NCBI GenBank assembly: GCA_023539445.1
Contig: JAKCEW010000003.1
Location: 71,808-135,807, forward strand
Length of the DNA stretch: 64,000 bases
DNA from: Candidatus Terraquivivens yellowstonensis
Lineage (GTDB): Archaea; Thermoproteota; Nitrososphaeria_A; Caldarchaeales; Wolframiiraptoraceae
Direction: 5' to 3'
How positions within the stretch are numbered: the stretch's first letter is position 1; each line of letters begins with the position of its first letter. The notes below the pieces were generated by a model. The model did not search any database. It was not told the DNA's origin and was given only the letters and a program-made list of their open reading frames with translations. Made by a program: the position numbers and the translations under genes. Of the stretch, positions 58,771 to 64,000 are shown piece after piece.

Positions 58771-59286
58771 TCATACATTCTTATGCATCTGATCAGCACT
58801 AACAATTTCGTCAGATAGGAAGTGCGTGGGCACCTGCCTAGCGATCTTGAAGATCCTATTACCGACGACGATTGCTCTGGCGGCAAACCTTGGGTTACGA
58901 TAAAGCCTGCTCTGTGGCTCTACCTTGAACTGTTGGTTGAAAAAGGCGGTAGCTAAGTTGAGTTCTCCTGTAAATATCCGCTTGGCTACATCGTAGTTGC
59001 TTGAAACCGTGAAATCTATCTTTTCGTTTGGCACGTTAGTTCCGATTTGAAGCTTTTTAACACTTCCCTTCTCTAGCTTGATGAAGAAGCATATCTCATC
59101 TTTACCCAAATATAGCTGCCTTAAACCAGCTGGTAGCCCAGATATCTTATAGAGCAGGTTCAGACTGAAGTTTGAGGTCATCCGTTTAAACTCCTCATCG
59201 CCTATTCTAGCCGCTTGAACGACCTTTGTCACTTCATGAATCCACTCCTGCGAAAGAAAGATCAGCTTATTCTCCAAACACCTCAC
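58771..59286 (-). CDS. SCP2 (sterol carrier protein-2)-like domain protein
   Basis: SCP2-like pattern FSLNLLYKI...ICFFIKLEKGSV...DFTVSSNYDVAKRIFTGELNLATAFFNQQFKVE. 171 aa with a GTG start; the start is uncertain. Confidence 0.5.
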   Translation of the reverse strand: MRCLENKLIFLSQEWIHEVTKVVQAARIGDEEFKRMTSNFSLNLLYKISGLPAGLRQLYLGKDEICFFIKLEKGSVKKLQIGTNVPNEKIDFTVSSNYDVAKRIFTGELNLATAFFNQQFKVEPQSRLYRNPRFAARAIVVGNRIFKIARQVPTHFLSDEIVSADQMHKNV

Positions 59287-59320
59287 CGCCTAAAAAATAA
59301 GGAGGGTGGGTCTTTGCTAC

Positions 59321-59854
59321 TCAGCATAATGTTTTGGCTTTGAAGCCTCTTTCAGCTCTGACTTTGTCTTTTATTGTTTCGCCCCACTCTAGAAGCGGTA
59401 TGCCTTCTTTTCGGCACCTTTCAAGTTCTACAGCCATCTTCTCTAACTCCTCTTTTGGAAGCTTAGTAGTGAGTAGGGTTATCCCGTCACATTCGATGGG
59501 GTGTGGTAGGACCTCGTTTCTGATGATTTCGGGCAGCACTTTAGCTTCCTCTTCTGTAATCTCACCCTTTGAAAGAATCGCTGCGAGTTCTTTCCCTCTC
59601 TTAACGATGCGGTCGTGTACGCCAAGTAGATACTCCAGATACTGCCGCCCAAAGATCTTCTCGTGCGCTGGATAAAAACTCTCCTCCTCCCATCTGAAGT
59701 GTGGTCCAGTCAGTTTATCTAATCGAATTAGTATCTCTAAGGCTCTTTCTGCATCTCTTTTGCTGATTGCGTCAATTAAGTCTAGTAGAATATCCCGCAC
59801 CCGTGCGTGGTCTGACTTTATTTCGGCTATTACATCTAATCCAGCCATTCCCAT
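59321..59854 (-). CDS. Hemerythrin-like (HHE cation-binding) domain protein
   Basis: IKSDHARVRDIL...GPHFRWEEESFYPAH...HDRI His/Glu pattern. The ORF-track GTG at 59875 lies inside the putative TATA/operator, so ATG 59854 (or 59848) is the more plausible start. Confidence 0.7.
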   Translation of the reverse strand: MGMAGLDVIAEIKSDHARVRDILLDLIDAISKRDAERALEILIRLDKLTGPHFRWEEESFYPAHEKIFGRQYLEYLLGVHDRIVKRGKELAAILSKGEITEEEAKVLPEIIRNEVLPHPIECDGITLLTTKLPKEELEKMAVELERCRKEGIPLLEWGETIKDKVRAERGFKAKTLC

Positions 59855-59867
59855 CAAACCTATTATA

Positions 59868-59888
59868 TATAACACTGTTATAAAAATC
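59868..59888 (-). promoter_or_regulatory. Putative TATA box overlapped by a 15-bp perfect palindrome (operator-like), upstream of the hemerythrin gene
   Basis: The minus strand reads GATTTTTATAACAGTGTTATA. TTTTTATAA is TATA-like, about 25-30 nt upstream of ATG 59854. TATAACA-G-TGTTATA has 7-bp inverted arms. Confidence 0.4.
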
Positions 59889-59933
59889 TTTCGGGATATT
59901 TCGTAAAATTGCTATCAATATTGCTTCAGTTGC
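59869..59933. repeat. Copy B of the 65-70 bp intergenic module
   Basis: ATAACACTGTTATAAAAATCTTTCGGGATATTTCGTAAAATTGCTATCAATATTGCTTCAGTTGCT. It lies between the cysteine-synthase-like stop and the hemerythrin start. Confidence 0.6.
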
Positions 59934-59967
59934 TGAAACGGATTCTTCTAACTTAGACTTTTTAAAA

Positions 59968-60963
59968 TTATCTTTCGGAGAATAATATGTTTTTGGGCAG
60001 GTATCTCGCGTTGTGTAGGTAATATTCAAAATCTTCCTTTGTGAAAACTTTAAATTTGTTGTAAAGGCTCCAATACTTTCTACCATCGTCAGCAAATATC
60101 AGTACCAATTTACCTTTACTGAGTCCCCCAGCAACTTCTTGGGCTGCTGCGTAGACTGCCCCACTAGATGGACCGACAAAAAGGTGTTCAGATTCGGCAA
60201 GGAACCTAACCGCTTCGAATGCTTTGTTATCGGTAATTTTGATCCACTCATCTATTAAATCGAGCCTTCTGCGGAGCAACTCAGGCATCATAGATTCCTC
60301 TAAGTTCCTTAAGCCTTGTATGTGATGGGACTTTTGAGGCTGTACACCAATAACTTTAACGTTCGGATTCTTCTTCTTAAGGTAGGCTGCGACGCCAGTT
60401 AATGTACCTCCCGTGCCCACTCCCGCCACAAAGTGTGTTAAATCTTTTAGGCTACCCCAGATCTCTGGACCAGTACTCTCGTAGTGCGCAAGAAAGTTCG
60501 CTTCGTTCGAATACTGATCAAGCATAACGTACTTTCCTGGTCTAGCCTTTATTATGGACTTCGCTAACGCTATACACTGATCTGTGTCAGGTCCTACTCG
60601 CGGGCAGAGATCGTCTTCGGTCTCGAGGACGGAGGCCCCAAGTCTTCTCATCAAAGCTTTGGTTTCTTCGCTGACTTTAGCCGGGACGACCAGTTCAGCG
60701 GTATAGCCGAGTGCCCTCGCTATGCCAGCTATAGCTATGCCTGTGTTACCTGATGTTGGTTCGATGAGTATGGTATGCCCTTTTCTCAGTATTCCCTTCT
60801 TCTCAGCGTCTTTGAACATCCATAACACCGCCCTATCCTTTATTGAGCCGAAGGGGTTGAACCACTCTAGCTTAGCATAAAGCTCTACCCTATTGTTAGG
60901 AGGAGAAAGTGGTATTTGTGGTGTATTACCCACACGTTTTAGGAGTTCATCGAAGTTCTGCAT
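59968..60963 (-). CDS. Cysteine synthase family PLP enzyme (CysK/CysM/O-phosphoserine sulfhydrylase-like)
   Basis: VGNTPQIPL, NPFGSIKDR (PLP Lys), EPTSGNTGIA, GVGTGGTLTG. C-terminal ~35-aa extension. Confidence 0.85.
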   Translation of the reverse strand: MQNFDELLKRVGNTPQIPLSPPNNRVELYAKLEWFNPFGSIKDRAVLWMFKDAEKKGILRKGHTILIEPTSGNTGIAIAGIARALGYTAELVVPAKVSEETKALMRRLGASVLETEDDLCPRVGPDTDQCIALAKSIIKARPGKYVMLDQYSNEANFLAHYESTGPEIWGSLKDLTHFVAGVGTGGTLTGVAAYLKKKNPNVKVIGVQPQKSHHIQGLRNLEESMMPELLRRRLDLIDEWIKITDNKAFEAVRFLAESEHLFVGPSSGAVYAAAQEVAGGLSKGKLVLIFADDGRKYWSLYNKFKVFTKEDFEYYLHNARYLPKNILFSER

Positions 60964-61070
60964 CTACTTCACTTAGAATTTACTCCTAAATAAATTTATA
61001 CGATAAACCAATCTTTATTGCTTACGGCATCAAGGTTTATTAAAAAATTAATCTGTAATGCTGTAGGAAC

Positions 61071-62096
61071 ATGCGTAAAATTGCCGTCGTCGGACTTGGT
61101 GTGGCAGGCTCCTACCTTGTCTCTAGGCTATCACATGAATACGAGGTCGTCGGGTTCGAGAGGTGTGACCGCTCAAATTGCTACCCGCCTTGTGCATGGG
61201 GCACATCCATTAGCGAGATGCAAAGGCTCCTCTCGCCCATAGGCCTGAATTTCGAAGACTACGTGCTATACAAGGGCAAAGAGATGTGTGTGGACCTCGG
61301 AGGCTCGCGCTTCTGGATAAAGCTCAAGGGTCTATGCACGTTCGACAAGCTGTCCCTCGAGAGGGACCTAGTGGATGGGTACGACGTTAGGTTCGGCGTT
61401 CATATCAAGAATGCTGAGCAACTTGGGGACGAGTACGACCTCATAATAGACTCGACAGGGTTCCCGAGGACGCTGCTGCCAAAAATCAGCAAGGATTACG
61501 TAATCCAAACTCTGGAGTACAAGGTGAAGTACAGCAAAATGCCGATAGATGACTTCTACATAAAGCCGATGAGGGCTGGCTATATCTGGTTCTTTCCACT
61601 CGGCGATTCCTACGCCCATGTTGGCTGTGGAGACTACTTCGGAAGGCAGAGATATTTCTTGGATTCCTTCATGCGAGAACATGGGGGCGAGATTGTCAAG
61701 GTTGTTGGCAGACCCCTTAGGATAACACCTCCGCTGATGTGCCAGCCTTACTATGTCGGAAAGGTCGTAGGTGTCGGCGAAAGCATAGGAACTGTTTTCT
61801 CCGTGCTGGGCGAGGGCATAATATCCAGCCTTCGGTGTGCCGAGATTTTCTCAAGGAACGTCGAAGACCCGGAGGCATACACAGCAGAAGTCCTAAGAAA
61901 GTTCTCCCCGTATAAGGAAGTGTTCGATGTCGTGGCGGACAAGATACGCGGCAGGTTTAGCTTCATCAGAGACTTCCCGAAGCTGCTCAGAATCTTTCGT
62001 TACATGAAGCGCGAAGAGGAGCATTGTGGTGTCGAGATTAAGATGACCGATATCATCAAGATATTCTTCTCTAAAGCGACGAGTAGCAAAAGGTAA
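61071..62096 (+). CDS. FAD-dependent oxidoreductase, geranylgeranyl reductase-like
   Basis: MRKIAVVGLGVAGSYL dinucleotide fold, GYIWFFPLGD (GGR-type Y-x-W-x-FP), GESIG. Confidence 0.6.
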   Translation: MRKIAVVGLGVAGSYLVSRLSHEYEVVGFERCDRSNCYPPCAWGTSISEMQRLLSPIGLNFEDYVLYKGKEMCVDLGGSRFWIKLKGLCTFDKLSLERDLVDGYDVRFGVHIKNAEQLGDEYDLIIDSTGFPRTLLPKISKDYVIQTLEYKVKYSKMPIDDFYIKPMRAGYIWFFPLGDSYAHVGCGDYFGRQRYFLDSFMREHGGEIVKVVGRPLRITPPLMCQPYYVGKVVGVGESIGTVFSVLGEGIISSLRCAEIFSRNVEDPEAYTAEVLRKFSPYKEVFDVVADKIRGRFSFIRDFPKLLRIFRYMKREEEHCGVEIKMTDIIKIFFSKATSSKR

Positions 62097-62149
62097 GCGG
62101 TTTCGCATCTTGGATTAAAATTTATTAACAAGTAGTCACTCTAACAATT

Positions 62150-62737
62150 TTGAGGTGGTTCTATTTGGTAGATGAATGGGATGAATTTTTCAGAAGGTTC
62201 AGACGCTTCCCATTCAGCTTCTTCGAGAAATACTGGGAAGATTTCTTCAGGAAATTTGAGGAAGAGTTCAAGAGAATCGAGGAGATGGTCCCGAAGGAGC
62301 TCGTGAAAGAGAGGAAGACTGAGAGGGGCGTGGAAAGGATAATCGGCCCGTTCGTTTACGGTTACTCGATCACGATAGGGCCTGACGGGAGACCCATCAT
62401 AAGGGAGTTTGGCAACATAAAGCCTAGGTTCGGCATGAGACCGTTGGAGCTCAAGGGCGAGAGGGAACCTTTAGTCGACATCATACCTGAGGAGAACGTG
62501 ATAAGAGTAGTGGCCGAGTTGCCAGGTGTCGATAAGAATGACATACAGCTGAACATTGCTGATAAGGTTTTGACAATAAAGGTGGACACGCCCGAGAGGA
62601 AGTACTACAAGGAGGTTGAGCTCCCTGAGGAGGTAGAGTCCGAGGGCGCGAAGGCTACGTATAAGAACGGTGTCTTGGAGGTCGTACTCAACAAGAAAAA
62701 GGCTAAGCCGAAGGGCGTCAGCATCAAGATCGAGTGA
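62150..62737 (+). CDS. hsp20: Small heat-shock protein (Hsp20/alpha-crystallin)
   Basis: Alpha-crystallin domain VIRVVAELPGVDKNDIQLNIADKVLTIKV...YYKEVELPEEV...ATYKNGVLEVVL. Long aromatic/basic N-terminal arm. TTG start. Confidence 0.85.
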   Translation: MRWFYLVDEWDEFFRRFRRFPFSFFEKYWEDFFRKFEEEFKRIEEMVPKELVKERKTERGVERIIGPFVYGYSITIGPDGRPIIREFGNIKPRFGMRPLELKGEREPLVDIIPEENVIRVVAELPGVDKNDIQLNIADKVLTIKVDTPERKYYKEVELPEEVESEGAKATYKNGVLEVVLNKKKAKPKGVSIKIE

Positions 62738-62831
62738 GTTTCTGCTGAGATACAATCCTCAATTTTTTGCAATAAGTCGCTTATTAAAACATTTATAATG
62801 AGCTCTTGGTAGCGGATTTGCTGAACGGGTT

Positions 62832-64000
62832 ATGAAGGTCAAACTCCCGCCGGAGTGGGGAGTCGAGCCCGTACCGAAGGACGAAAAAGTTCTTGGATTC
62901 TTGGACTACTTTGTCCTTTGGTCGTGTCTGGGCGTCGGGCTACTCGTCCTCTTGGCCGGCTCGCTGCTAGAAGGACTCTCATTCTTTGAGGTGCTTTTTG
63001 TATCGTTACTTGGCTCCATAATAGGTAGCATCATGTTAGCGCTTCCAGGAATTGTGGGTAGCAAATACGGCGTACCTACGATGGTTAGTCTCAGGCCCGT
63101 GCTCGGCATTAAGGCATCTTACTTTCCGACGGCCCTTAACATAGTGCAGTTGATAGGCTGGACAGCCTTCGAACTGATGATAATGGCGCAGGCGGCTACG
63201 CTATTAACCTCAAGCGTACTCGGCCATGCATCATACACCTTCTGGGTCATCTTCTTCGGAGCTTGGTGCATGCTCCTCGCACTCGGCGGACCTTTGGTTG
63301 TCGTGAGAAAGTGGTTGGAGAGGATTGCGATATGGTTGGTCTATGGCTCGACGGCCTGGATAACCTATCATGCGTTCACTTCTGGCGACTTCTGGAGCTG
63401 GATGTTCCACCATGGTGAAGGTTCCATGCCGTTGCTACTCGCTTTAGACCTCGTCATAGTAATGCCGATATCTTGGTGGCCGCTGATATCTGACTACAAC
63501 AGGTTTGCCAAGAATGCTAAATCGGCGTTCCTCGGGACTGTTACCGGCTATACCCTGTCTAACACTTGGTTCTACATCTTAGGGGCCGCGTTGGTCGTGC
63601 TCTTGGGAATAAAAGACATTCTGGCATCCATAGCTGCCCTATTCTTCGGAGGGGTTGCACTACTGCTCATACTGGTTGACGAGACCGACAACTGTTTTGC
63701 CGACATCTACTCGTCCGCCGTCTCATTCCAGAACATCTTCCCGAAGACCAGACAGTGGAAATTCATAGTCCTTGTGACGGGCATCGGTATCGCACTCGCC
63801 ATGACTGTCCCTCTTGCAGAATACGAAGGGTTTCTGCTTATGATAGGTGCCCTATTCGTCCCACTCCTTGGCGTTGCATCAGCCGAGTTCTTCGTGAACA
63901 GAGGCCGTTCCTCGATCGCGCTGGAGGAGTTTTATGAGAAAGCTAAGGCCGTGAAGTTAGGTAACGTGCTGGCTTGGATCATCGGTATAGTTGTCTATGC
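62832..64000 (+). CDS. NCS1-type permease (purine-cytosine / CytX-like), 3' end outside the window
   Basis: Not in the ORF track because no stop is reached. Hand translation from ATG 62832 is open to the window end: MKVKLPPEWGVEPVPKDEKVLGFLDYFVLWS...PLISDYNRFAK...VDETDNCFADIYSSAVSFQNIFP. Multi-helix membrane protein. TATA-like ATTTATAA lies ~35-40 nt upstream. Confidence 0.7.
   Translation, partial: MKVKLPPEWGVEPVPKDEKVLGFLDYFVLWSCLGVGLLVLLAGSLLEGLSFFEVLFVSLLGSIIGSIMLALPGIVGSKYGVPTMVSLRPVLGIKASYFPTALNIVQLIGWTAFELMIMAQAATLLTSSVLGHASYTFWVIFFGAWCMLLALGGPLVVVRKWLERIAIWLVYGSTAWITYHAFTSGDFWSWMFHHGEGSMPLLLALDLVIVMPISWWPLISDYNRFAKNAKSAFLGTVTGYTLSNTWFYILGAALVVLLGIKDILASIAALFFGGVALLLILVDETDNCFADIYSSAVSFQNIFPKTRQWKFIVLVTGIGIALAMTVPLAEYEGFLLMIGALFVPLLGVASAEFFVNRGRSSIALEEFYEKAKAVKLGNVLAWIIGIVVY

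Noticed and set aside
61018-61242. 74-aa ORF overlapping the start of the geranylgeranyl-reductase-like gene.
   Set aside because: It is out of frame with a gene that begins with a clear dinucleotide-binding motif at 61071, so it is a shadow ORF.
62745-62829. CTGAGA and CTGAACGGG elements upstream of the CytX/NCS1-like permease, reminiscent of a TPP (THI-box) riboswitch.
   Set aside because: The conserved 5' G-rich stem and the ACCUGAUCUGG core are absent. The CTGAGA lies upstream of the TATA-like box at ~62792, so it would not be in the transcript.
1-64000. Looked for CRISPR arrays, tandem repeats, IS elements, transposases, integrases, toxin-antitoxin pairs, restriction-modification or other known defence genes, and rRNA/SRP/RNase P RNA genes.
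   Set aside because: No regularly spaced repeats and no recognisable signature motifs of these classes were seen by eye. The only repeat found is the two-copy module at 58281 and 59869. Small C/D-box sRNAs cannot be excluded without a scan.

Overview
Archaeal chromosomal segment with thermophile-like K/E/I/V/R-rich proteins. GC is roughly 50% from hand counts of a few lines. It is almost fully coding (about 70 genes), mostly housekeeping and central or biosynthetic metabolism. Gene content in order: family-B DNA polymerase, Fe-S uracil-DNA glycosylase, ilvD, leuCD, mdh, sucCD, ftsY-pfdA, nadK, rpl15e plus RNase P protein subunits, rpiB, a prenyl diphosphate synthase and thrB. Then a trpEGDCFA operon with no trpB, TldD, a fused pyrF-pyrE gene, gcvH, two paralogous ADP-forming acetyl-CoA synthetases, a chorismate mutase-aminotransferase fusion next to tyrA, HPS, and an RPA-like multi-OB protein. 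One tRNA(CAU) carries a 12-nt insertion in the anticodon stem. After the tRNA comes a short stretch that looks accessory and somewhat AT-richer: a decayed membrane-protein gene, DsrE-like, SCP2-like, hemerythrin-like and cysteine-synthase-like genes. A duplicated 65-70 bp promoter/operator-like module occurs within that stretch: one copy sits beyond the DsrE-like end of the DsrE/SCP2/hemerythrin block, the other between the hemerythrin and cysteine-synthase-like genes. I saw no CRISPR array, transposase, integrase, rRNA or recognisable defence system, and I cannot point to one clear-cut novel system. The observations most worth a second look are: a hidden 47-codon C2H2 zinc-finger ORF coupled to leuCD; a glycerate-kinase gene remnant; start-codon and frame anomalies at trpE and trpA; two unusual enzyme fusions; the non-canonical tRNA intron; and the repeated palindrome-bearing module in the tRNA-adjacent gene block. 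All calls rest on by-eye motif recognition and hand translation. No searches or computations were run.
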